Under the pieces are notes generated by a model, which saw only the letters and a program-made list of their open reading frames with translations, was not told the origin of the DNA and searched no databases. Of a stretch of DNA of 64,000 bases, positions 48,730 to 57,303 are shown one piece after another. The DNA is from an uncultured Alphaproteobacteria bacterium (GTDB taxonomy: Bacteria > Pseudomonadota > Alphaproteobacteria > Rhizobiales > Beijerinckiaceae). The translations under genes and the position numbers were made by a program. The stretch spans positions 113,604 through 177,603 of the forward strand of contig CAVUQD010000002.1 of NCBI GenBank assembly GCA_963743565.1. The letters are read 5' to 3'. Each line of letters begins with the position of its first letter. The stretch's first letter is position 1.

Positions 48730-50037
48730 ATGGCCGACGAGGTGACGATCCGCTTTGGCGCCGACACGAGCGACTTCGAAGACGGCTTGAACGAGGTGCG
48801 CGGCGCCGTCAGCGGCGTGACGCCGGAGATCAAGAAGCTCTCGGATGGAATCGGTGAGGCGGCGCAAAAGGCGGCGCCCGCGGCGAGCGCATTTTCGCAA
48901 ATCGGCAAGGGCGTCAACGACGGCTTGACCGCGTCCCTCGGTCCGGCCTCCGCCGCATTGACGAAGCTCGGCGCTGACGCCGAGGAGCAGGCGAGGCTCG
49001 TCAAGAGTCAGCTCGACGAAGAGATTCGCCTGCTGCAAGAGCAGCTCGCGACCAAGAAGACGATCTACGACGGCGATGCGCAGCTCAAACGCATCAGCGA
49101 AGGCGAGAAGATCGCGCTCATCAGACAAGCGACGGAAGAAGAATACCGGGCGCAGCGCAATCTGCTGCAGCAGGAGGCCGAGCTCGACGGCCTCTCCCTG
49201 CAGCAAAGGCAACAGGCGTTGAACAGGCTCGCAACGCTGGAGGCCTCCCATGAGCGCCAGATGCTCGACCTCGCCTATCGTTCCGCAGAAGAGCAGGACA
49301 GGATTTGGCAGGATCTCGGGAACAAGATGGGCCACGCCATGAGCTCCTCGGTCCTCTTGCTCCTGCAACACACGACGACCTTCCGCGAAGCGCAGCGGCA
49401 GATGGCGGTTGCGGTGGTCGGATATTTCCTCGACATGGGCGTGCGGTGGATCGCGAGCTTCGCGGCGACGATCGCCAAGAACGTCGCGACGCATGTGCTC
49501 GGCGAAGAGACGATGACCGCGGCGACTGAGCTCGGCACGGCGCAACGCACCGCGAGCGCCGCTGCGGGCGCGGTCGCCGAGAATGCGGAGAAGGCCGAGG
49601 CGGTCGTAAGAAGCATTCTCGCTTCCTCGGGAGAAGCCTTCGCCGGCGTCTTCGGCTTTCTCGCGCCCTTGCTCGGGCCGGCGGCGGCAGGGCCCGCGGC
49701 GGCGGCGGAAGCGACGGTGGCCAGCGCCGCGTCCATCGCGAGCTTCGACATCGGCGCCTGGAGTGTGCCGCAGGATCAGCTCGCCCTGGTGCACAAGAAT
49801 GAATTGGTGATGACGGCCGCGCAGGGCGACGCCCTCCGCAATCTCATCAGCAATGGAGGAACGGCCGGCGCGAGCGCGCCGCAGGTGCATGCGCCGGTCA
49901 GTTTCAACGCTCAGGCGCTCGACGCGCAGGGCGTCGCAAGCTTTCTGCAAGGCAATGGCCGCGCGATCATGAAGGCGATGGCTTCTCATGTGCGCGACGG
50001 CGCGCATCTCGGGATGAAGGGGCTCAATCCCGCATGA
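48730..50037 (+). CDS. Short tape measure protein
   Basis: 435 aa, Ala-rich helical; C-terminal FDIGAWSVPQDQLALVHKNELVM. Confidence 0.8.
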   Translation: MADEVTIRFGADTSDFEDGLNEVRGAVSGVTPEIKKLSDGIGEAAQKAAPAASAFSQIGKGVNDGLTASLGPASAALTKLGADAEEQARLVKSQLDEEIRLLQEQLATKKTIYDGDAQLKRISEGEKIALIRQATEEEYRAQRNLLQQEAELDGLSLQQRQQALNRLATLEASHERQMLDLAYRSAEEQDRIWQDLGNKMGHAMSSSVLLLLQHTTTFREAQRQMAVAVVGYFLDMGVRWIASFAATIAKNVATHVLGEETMTAATELGTAQRTASAAAGAVAENAEKAEAVVRSILASSGEAFAGVFGFLAPLLGPAAAGPAAAAEATVASAASIASFDIGAWSVPQDQLALVHKNELVMTAAQGDALRNLISNGGTAGASAPQVHAPVSFNAQALDAQGVASFLQGNGRAIMKAMASHVRDGAHLGMKGLNPA

Positions 50038-52505
50038 GCTTTCCGTACATCGGCGCGATCAATCTGATCCCCGCGACCGGCGAATTCACTTACGACACGA
50101 TCGCCTACAGCGGCCAGCAGCCCGGCGGCGCCATGACGCCGATCAACACCTATCACGCGCCAGGGGGAACGAAGACCGACGTCGAATTCGCGCTGGACCA
50201 GTTGCAGGCCTCGCTGCCGAATTGCGCGGCCGTCGCCGTCGTCGTCCAATGGCTCGCCAATTCTCTCGACGCCGCAACGTGTCAGATCTACCCCTCTTCG
50301 ACATACATCGGCGGCGCCTTTCAGCCGACGGCGGGCGGAGCCGATAGCTGGCGCGTGAGCGATGTCACGCTTGCGACCGCGGGGCTCATCCCGATTAGCC
50401 GACCCGACGGCGTTCACGCAGCCTATGGCGGCACGCCTTCCGACCAGTCCATCGTGCGCTGCCTTCAGGCGATCAAGGCGCGTGGGCTCAAGGCCGCGCT
50501 CTATCTCTTCCTCGGCGTCGATCTACCCGGAAAGCCCTGGCGCGCCGACATTACCCATGCGCCCGATATTTCCAGCGCCGCGAGCGGCGCGGTCGCTAGC
50601 TTTCTGGGCTCGGCGACCACGGCGATGTTCACGCGCGACGCGGCGAATCTGACCGTTCACTATTCGGGGAACGTGCTCGACTTCACCTATCGCCGCTTCG
50701 TGCTGCACTACGCCAATCTCGCCGTGCTCGCGGGCGGCGTCTCGCTCTTCGCGATGGGCTCGGAGCTCGGCGGCTTGGAGGCGATCCGCGGGCCTGCCTG
50801 GAGCCCCACGGGGACGACCGACGCCAATGGCCATGCTGTCTGGGACTATCCTTTCGTCGCGGGCCTGATCACGCTCGCCGACGATTGCCGATCGGTTTTC
50901 GACTCCGCCGGACTGACCAAGAATCTGGCGACGCGACAAAACCTCATCGTCTATTCGCCGGACTGGACGCAATGGATGGGCGCGCAGCACTCGGGCGCGG
51001 GTTATTACGGAATCTGGCCGCATCTCGATAGTCTCTACGCCTCGAGCAACATCGATCTCGTCTCATTCGACAATTACATGCCGCTCGCCGATTGGACGAC
51101 CGGCGACGGCGGATTGGACGCGCAAAACTGGCGACTGCCCGCGCCGGCTTCCTGGCCGATCTCCACGCCCGCCACGCTAGGCTACGCGCTTTCGTCCACA
51201 CCCGCCCTCGACACGCTCGCCTATCTGCAAGCCAACATCGAAGGCGGCGAGAAGTTCGACTACTTCTACACAAACTACACCGCCGCGCAGGCGCTCGATC
51301 CAAACGGGACACTGCAATGGGTCACTACGCCGCAGGGCGACCGTCTGGCGCAAGCGCGGAGCGCCTATTCGTCGGATCAGCAGCTCTTCGCGTTCAAGCA
51401 GATCCGCTGGTGGTGGAACAATCCACACCAAGCCGTCTACGACAGCGGCGACGGGAACGGCTCCATCGCACGCGGTCTGCAAACGCCTTGGGCCCCGCAA
51501 TCAAAGAGCGTCTGCTTTCTCGAATACGGCTTTCCGACCGTCGACAAGAGCGTGAACCAGCCGAACAAATTCTTCGACCCAAGCGCGTCGGCCGGCGGTG
51601 CGCCTTTCTGGTCGATCTGGAACGCGGTCGACAAGGCGCCGCTCGTCGACGACACGATCGCGCTTCTCGCGCATCAGGCCTTCTACGCCTATTGGAGCGC
51701 GAACAACGCGACGTCGAGCGGCGGCGTTAATATGATCGCGACCGATCTGATGTTCGCGTGGTGCTGGGACGCGCGCCCGCTGCCCGAGTTTCCGCTACGC
51801 TCCGACGTTTGGGGCGACGCCGGAAATTGGCGTTACGGGCACTGGCTCAACGGCAAGCTCCCCGCCCTGCTGACGCCGACCGCCTCTCCACCGCCAAGCT
51901 TCGGGCCCTTCCCGTCCTTTCCGACGCTGCTGGGAGTCGGATGGTCCGTGAAGGTCACGCCAAAATTCTCGACCGCAACGCTTGAACGCGCCTCCGGGAA
52001 ATCGGCGCGGCGTATGCTCATGCGCTGGCCGCTCTACGAGATCGAGCTCACCTATGATTTTTTGAGGAGCGACTCGGTTAATCAGGAGCTCCAACAGATC
52101 ATGGGCTTCTTCGAGGCCATGCAGGGTCAGACTCAGCCCTTCTGGTTTCAGCCGCCGGGCCTTTCCACGTTGCAGAACCAACTCGTCGGCGTGGGCGACG
52201 GCATGACGACATCCTTCCCGATGCAGCGCACGACGGGCGCCTTCACCGAGCCGCTCGCCGGCGTCGCCAGTCTTTCGGCCGTACGCGTCGATGGCGCCTT
52301 ACTTCCCGCGGCAGTCTGGTCGCTCTCCGCCGGTTATGAGCCGACGCTGACGCTTTCAACGCCGCCAGCGAGCGGCGCACAGGTGGCTGTCGACGGCGTC
52401 GCGCTCTGGCTCTGCCGCTTCGCCGACGACGCGCTCGATCTCGAGCAATTCGCGTACGGGCTCTTTGAATTGAAAAGCCTCAAGCTCGTCACGGTGAAAT
52501 TGTGA
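50034..52505 (+). CDS. GTA TIM-barrel-like (glycoside-hydrolase-like) domain fused to a C-terminal DUF2460 distal-tail domain
   Basis: YGGTPSDQSIV, YRRFVLHYA.L, MGSEL, SFDNYMPLADW, EGGEKFDY, WCWDARP; then FPTLLGVGWSVKVTPKF..WPLYEIEL. Confidence 0.8.
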   Translation: MSFPYIGAINLIPATGEFTYDTIAYSGQQPGGAMTPINTYHAPGGTKTDVEFALDQLQASLPNCAAVAVVVQWLANSLDAATCQIYPSSTYIGGAFQPTAGGADSWRVSDVTLATAGLIPISRPDGVHAAYGGTPSDQSIVRCLQAIKARGLKAALYLFLGVDLPGKPWRADITHAPDISSAASGAVASFLGSATTAMFTRDAANLTVHYSGNVLDFTYRRFVLHYANLAVLAGGVSLFAMGSELGGLEAIRGPAWSPTGTTDANGHAVWDYPFVAGLITLADDCRSVFDSAGLTKNLATRQNLIVYSPDWTQWMGAQHSGAGYYGIWPHLDSLYASSNIDLVSFDNYMPLADWTTGDGGLDAQNWRLPAPASWPISTPATLGYALSSTPALDTLAYLQANIEGGEKFDYFYTNYTAAQALDPNGTLQWVTTPQGDRLAQARSAYSSDQQLFAFKQIRWWWNNPHQAVYDSGDGNGSIARGLQTPWAPQSKSVCFLEYGFPTVDKSVNQPNKFFDPSASAGGAPFWSIWNAVDKAPLVDDTIALLAHQAFYAYWSANNATSSGGVNMIATDLMFAWCWDARPLPEFPLRSDVWGDAGNWRYGHWLNGKLPALLTPTASPPPSFGPFPSFPTLLGVGWSVKVTPKFSTATLERASGKSARRMLMRWPLYEIELTYDFLRSDSVNQELQQIMGFFEAMQGQTQPFWFQPPGLSTLQNQLVGVGDGMTTSFPMQRTTGAFTEPLAGVASLSAVRVDGALLPAAVWSLSAGYEPTLTLSTPPASGAQVAVDGVALWLCRFADDALDLEQFAYGLFELKSLKLVTVKL

Positions 52506-53104
52506 CTCTTCCCCTCTTTCCCGCATTGCCGGGCACAGGCTTTGCGAGGAAGAGACCGATCGCCGTCTCTCTTCTCGCAGAGCACGAATCGGGGAGGAGC
52601 GTCAGAAGCGCGCTCTATGGCGGCGTTTATGAATTCGAAGTCGACATCGACGGCCTCGCTTCTGACACGACCCAGAATCCAGGGCTTGCCGCGCAATCGC
52701 TGCAGGCGCTCATGGGCCTCTATCTGCAATGCGGCGGAGCCTTCGGAACTTTTCTTTTCACCGACCCCGACGACAATACGGCGGTCGATCAGCCGATCGC
52801 CATGGGCGACGGCGCGACGACGACCTTCGTGCTTCTGCGGAGCGTCGGCGCAGCGAGCGACACGGTGTCTTACGTCACCGGAGTCTCCGCCGTCACGCTC
52901 AATGGCGCCGCGGCCTCGGATTGGAGTCTGCTTTCTCCCAACCTACTGCAGTTTGCGACGCCTCCCGCAGCCGGCGTCGAAATCGCAGCGAGCTTCACCT
53001 ACGCCTTCCAATGCCGCTTCCTCGACGACACATTGGAGTTCGAGAACTTCATGCAGAATCTCTGGTCGTCGAAGGTCGTCAAATTTCGAAGTCTGCGTCC
53101 ATGA
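52502..53104 (+). CDS. DUF2460 (TIGR02217-like) distal tail protein
   Basis: FPALPG, FLFTDPDD, GDGATTTF.L, FTYAFQCRF..D. Confidence 0.8.
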   Translation: MTLPLFPALPGTGFARKRPIAVSLLAEHESGRSVRSALYGGVYEFEVDIDGLASDTTQNPGLAAQSLQALMGLYLQCGGAFGTFLFTDPDDNTAVDQPIAMGDGATTTFVLLRSVGAASDTVSYVTGVSAVTLNGAAASDWSLLSPNLLQFATPPAAGVEIAASFTYAFQCRFLDDTLEFENFMQNLWSSKVVKFRSLRP

Positions 53105-53973
53105 AAGCCGCTCCTCCCGCGCTGGTTTCCTTTCTCGCCGCGGCGCGCACGCAAAGAGATCTGACGATCGCCTTCGCGGACTGCTTCACCTTCACGCAAA
53201 CGAACGGTCTCGCGCTCACCTACACAAATGCGGACGTTCCAGTCTCCTATGACGGGAAATTCTTTCGCGCCGACGGCCCGCTCATCTCGGGTCTGAAATA
53301 CCGCGCCACGATCGGCCTCAACGTCGACCGGCAGGAGATTTTGATCGCGGCGCGTCCGAACGATCTCACGAGCGGGGCAGCTGTTCTCTCCTCGTTGCGC
53401 GACGGCGCCTTCGATGGCGCGCGCGTGCGGCGCGACCGCGTCTTCTTTTCCGACTTCGTCGGCGGAACGCTCGTTGGCGGCGTCACGCTCTTCTATGGCC
53501 GTGTCTCGACCATCGACGAGGTTGGCCGCACGCGCGCCAAGGTCACCGTCGCCAACGAGTTGGTGCTGCTCGACATCGACATGCCACGCAATATCTTCGG
53601 CGCGACCTGCCAGAACGTGCTTTATGGCTCCATCTGCGGCCTGCCTGCCGGGGCCTTTTCGACGCAAGCCGGCGCCGGCGCGGGCTCGACCACGAGCCTC
53701 ATCTATTCTTCGGCCGCGCTCGCGGCGCATGCGCAGGGCAAGCTGGTCTTCTCCTCGGGAGCCAACGCAGGGGTCGTCGCGACGGTGAAGCTGGTTGCTC
53801 CTGGCGTCTCGCTAACGCTCGCCTATCCGCTACCCTTCACGCCAGCGACGGATGACGACTTCACCGTCTATTACGGCTGCGACCACACCCAGGCGACCTG
53901 CCAATCGCGTTTCAACAACCTCGCCAATTACCGCGGATTTCCCTACGTCCCCCCGCCACAGATGGCGGTGTGA
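53101..53973 (+). CDS. DUF2163/BR0599 (TIGR02218-like) hub protein
   Basis: GAFDGARV, CQNVLYGSICG, GCDHTQATCQSRFNNLANYRGFPYVP. Confidence 0.88.
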   Translation: MKAAPPALVSFLAAARTQRDLTIAFADCFTFTQTNGLALTYTNADVPVSYDGKFFRADGPLISGLKYRATIGLNVDRQEILIAARPNDLTSGAAVLSSLRDGAFDGARVRRDRVFFSDFVGGTLVGGVTLFYGRVSTIDEVGRTRAKVTVANELVLLDIDMPRNIFGATCQNVLYGSICGLPAGAFSTQAGAGAGSTTSLIYSSAALAAHAQGKLVFSSGANAGVVATVKLVAPGVSLTLAYPLPFTPATDDDFTVYYGCDHTQATCQSRFNNLANYRGFPYVPPPQMAV

Positions 53974-54440
53974 CCCTCTTGGCGGACGCTCGGATTCTGT
54001 TCATGCGCGAAAAAGTCGTCGCCGAAGCCAGGAGCTGGATCGGCACGCCCTATCACAATTGCGCCGACGTCAAGGGCGTCGGCTGCGATTGCGGCATGCT
54101 GCTGGTGCGAGTCTTCGTTGATGTGGGAATCGTCGAGCCCTTCGATCCACGCCCTTATTCACATGACTGGCATCTGCATCGCGGCGAGGAGCGCTATCTG
54201 GACGCACTGCTCTCGCGGGCCGCAGCGGTCGAGACGCCGAAGTCCGGCGACGTGATGCTCTTTCGTGTCGGGCGCTGTTACAGCCACGGCGCGATCATCA
54301 GCCGCCCGGAACCGCTGACGGTCGTGCATGCTTCCTTTCCCGCTGGCGTCGTGCTCGAGGAGGTCGTGGCCCAGAACGCGATTATGCGAGAGAGAATGCA
54401 CAAAGCGATTTTTGCGAGCCTCTTGGACGCCCGCCGATGA
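53970..54440 (+). CDS. NlpC/P60 cell-wall peptidase
   Basis: EARSWIGTPYH..KGVGCDCGMLL, HGAI, VVHA. Confidence 0.92.
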   Translation: MTLLADARILFMREKVVAEARSWIGTPYHNCADVKGVGCDCGMLLVRVFVDVGIVEPFDPRPYSHDWHLHRGEERYLDALLSRAAAVETPKSGDVMLFRVGRCYSHGAIISRPEPLTVVHASFPAGVVLEEVVAQNAIMRERMHKAIFASLLDARR

Positions 54441-56659
54441 GTTTCCTCGCCACGAAGAAAGCGTCGCCGAATTCGGCGATGATCTGGCCGAGCTATACCG
54501 GCCTGCAATTACAGACGGCGACGAATGTGTTGCCAATCCCGGTGCTCTGGGGGATGAACAAGCTCGCCGTCAACATCATCTATTACGCGAATTTCCGCGC
54601 GAACCCCGTTTATTCGCCGACGCCCGTCACCGGAAAAGGCGGTGTTCTGAGCGGCACCAAGGGCGGTCAAGGCTATACGTGGTCGGTATCCGGCTGGACT
54701 TACAGCGCAGATCTGATGATGGCCCTCTGCGAGGGCCCCATCATTGGAATCAATCAAGTCTATCAGGGTCAGTCGATATATGGGACGCCCTATGCGACTT
54801 CGGGTGGAACGGTCACCGGTGGCGGCTCTGGGCTGTCCGCGCTCGGGCTGACGCTCTTTGCGGGCGTCACGCCGCAGCAGCCTTGGGGTTATCTCGCTGC
54901 GAGCAACCCGAGCGCCAGCCTGTCCTACCCTGGTCTCGCTTACGTCAGCGCGGCGAACTTCAGTCTCGGGCAATCCGCAAGCATCGGCACGCTCAACCTC
55001 GAGGTGAAAGGCGCGTTTTTCGGCACAGGCGCCAATGGTCTCGACGCAGATCCTGCGCAGGTCGTCGCCGACTTCCTCCTCAATGAGCAATACGGCGTGG
55101 GATTTCCCGGCGCCAATATCGACGCGACGACGCTTTTCGGTTCAGGCAACGACGCTTCGATGCAAACCTATTGCCGCGCCATGGGCCTCTGCTTCAGCCC
55201 CTCGATCAATCAGGTCGAGACTGCTTCGAGCGTATTCACGCGCTGGCTGCAGCTCTTGAACACGGCGGCTGTCTGGTCGGGAGATCGCCTGCGTTTCGTC
55301 TCCTATGGCGATGAAGCCGTGACCAGCAATGGCGCGACCTACACGCCAAATGTGACGCCAGCCTTCGCGCTGGATGACGATGATCTTTTGCTGACGCCAG
55401 GCCTCGACCCCATCAAAGTGACGCGCGTCGATCCTTTTTCTCTTCCCAATCTGCAGCGCGTCGAAGCGCTGAACCGCACAGGGGTTACGAGCGGGCAAGG
55501 CTTGCCCGAGTATCAAGCGACGCCGATCGAGGCGCGAGACCAGGCGATGATCGAGCAGTTCGGCCTGCGGGTCGGCTCGACGATCACAGCGCACGAGATT
55601 TGCGATCTCAACGTCGCATCGATCGTCGCCCAGACGATTCTGCAGCGTGGCCTCTATGTGCGCACGCAGTTCAAATTCGACCTCTCCTGGGAGTTCTGCC
55701 TGCTCGATCCGATGGACGTCGTCACGCTTTCCGACTCCAATCTAGGATTGAGCGGCGCGCCGGTGCGGATCGTCGAGATCGAGGAGGACGACCAAGGCAA
55801 GCTCTCGGTCCTCGCCGAGGAGCTCGTGATCGGCGTTTCGACGCCAGCGCCCAATCCAACCGGCGCCGCGGGCGGCGGCTCGCTCAATATGGCGGTCGCC
55901 GCCGCCGCGGTGAACACGCCGCTCATCTTCGAGCCGCCGCCGCAGCTCACCAACAATGTCGCCGAAATCTGGCTCGGTGCCTCGGGCGGAACGGCCGGCG
56001 TCGCCGATCCCGCCTGGGGCGGCTGCGTGGTGTGGGCGTCGCTCGACGACACCACTTATCAGCGCATCGCCACGATCCGAAATCCGCTTCGTCAAGGTTT
56101 TCTCACCGCGCCGCTTCCGGCAGCAAGCGGATATGACGTCACGAACTCGCTTGCGGTCGATCTGACTGAAAGCGCCGGAGCGCTCAGCGGCGCGACGCAG
56201 GCGGCGGCGTTCTCCGGACAAACCCTCTGCCTCGTCGACGGTGAGCTAATTGGGTACACCACAGCGACCCTGACGGCCGCATATGGTTACACGCTTACCG
56301 GGCTCGCGCGCGGCATGTATGGCGCCGCGCCGGCTGCGCATGCGATCGGCGCGCCCTTCGCGCGTCTCGACGGGGCCGTCGTGCAATACGCTCTGCCGAG
56401 CGACTTCATCGGTCAGACGACCTACCTGAAGTTCCAGAGCTTCAACGTGTTTGGGAGCGGGTTGCAGGATCTCTCCACCTGCGCCGTTTACAGCTATGCG
56501 CCGAGTGGGGGCGGTGCGGTCGGACCCGTGGCGACTTCCCTCTCGCTGGGTCAGGCGCAGGATTGGGGACAAGCCAGCCTGGCGGCGAGCCTCTTTGACA
56601 ACTTCGGCACGGCGACGGGAGCGGCCTATGTCGCTATCGATTTGGGGAACGTCACCTGA
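54437..56659 (+). CDS. Tail tip / host-specificity (Phage-tail_3-like) protein
   Basis: 740 aa; PIPVLWG, LAYV, DPAQVVADFL, LDPMDVVTL, L.RGMYG, YLKFQSFN. Confidence 0.8.
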   Translation: MSFLATKKASPNSAMIWPSYTGLQLQTATNVLPIPVLWGMNKLAVNIIYYANFRANPVYSPTPVTGKGGVLSGTKGGQGYTWSVSGWTYSADLMMALCEGPIIGINQVYQGQSIYGTPYATSGGTVTGGGSGLSALGLTLFAGVTPQQPWGYLAASNPSASLSYPGLAYVSAANFSLGQSASIGTLNLEVKGAFFGTGANGLDADPAQVVADFLLNEQYGVGFPGANIDATTLFGSGNDASMQTYCRAMGLCFSPSINQVETASSVFTRWLQLLNTAAVWSGDRLRFVSYGDEAVTSNGATYTPNVTPAFALDDDDLLLTPGLDPIKVTRVDPFSLPNLQRVEALNRTGVTSGQGLPEYQATPIEARDQAMIEQFGLRVGSTITAHEICDLNVASIVAQTILQRGLYVRTQFKFDLSWEFCLLDPMDVVTLSDSNLGLSGAPVRIVEIEEDDQGKLSVLAEELVIGVSTPAPNPTGAAGGGSLNMAVAAAAVNTPLIFEPPPQLTNNVAEIWLGASGGTAGVADPAWGGCVVWASLDDTTYQRIATIRNPLRQGFLTAPLPAASGYDVTNSLAVDLTESAGALSGATQAAAFSGQTLCLVDGELIGYTTATLTAAYGYTLTGLARGMYGAAPAAHAIGAPFARLDGAVVQYALPSDFIGQTTYLKFQSFNVFGSGLQDLSTCAVYSYAPSGGGAVGPVATSLSLGQAQDWGQASLAASLFDNFGTATGAAYVAIDLGNVT

Positions 56660-57207
56660 TGAGCACACAAGTTCAACTGCGACGCGATAACGCTGCGAAC
56701 GTCGCCGCCTTCGCGGGCAAGCCCGGCGAGGTCATCGTCGACACGACGAACAACCGCCTCTGCCTGCAAGATGGCGCGACCGCCGGCGGCATTCCGGCCG
56801 CGAAGCTCTCCGAGGTCGTCACGCTCGGCGCAACCTCACTGCTCGCGCAGGCGCCGCATGGCGGCGCCGTCAGCATCGGTTGCCTCGAGCAGCTCATTTC
56901 TCTCTCAGGCGCGACGACGACCTCGACGGTTCAAATCCCCGCCGGCGCGATCGTGATCGCCGTCTCCAACCTTGTCGTCACGGCGATAACGGGCGCGACC
57001 TCCTATAGCTGCGGCGTTTCGGGCAACTCCACGCAGTTTGGCTCATCTCTCGGCGTGAGCGCGGGCTCGACGAACCTCGGCCTCATCGGACCCAATCCTT
57101 CTTACAGCGCCACACCCGTCCTGTTCACCGCCGCAGGCGGCAATTTCACGGGCGGCCAGGTGCGCATGACGATCCACTATCTCATGCCAAGCGTCGCTAC
57201 CTCCTAA
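56659..57207 (+). CDS. Small tail-fibre-like protein with an Mtd_N-like N-terminus
   Basis: MSTQVQLRRDNAANVAAFAGKPGEVIVDTTNNRLCLQDGATAGG resembles the major tropism determinant N-terminal domain. Confidence 0.7.
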   Translation: MSTQVQLRRDNAANVAAFAGKPGEVIVDTTNNRLCLQDGATAGGIPAAKLSEVVTLGATSLLAQAPHGGAVSIGCLEQLISLSGATTTSTVQIPAGAIVIAVSNLVVTAITGATSYSCGVSGNSTQFGSSLGVSAGSTNLGLIGPNPSYSATPVLFTAAGGNFTGGQVRMTIHYLMPSVATS

Positions 57208-57303
57208 AGCGACAAACCTTTCGTCTAACCCCAGAAAAACGAACGTCGTCGCGCGCGGTGATTCGCGCGCCGTTCCACGCGCGCGCTGAATAAGGAGCCT
57301 TCG

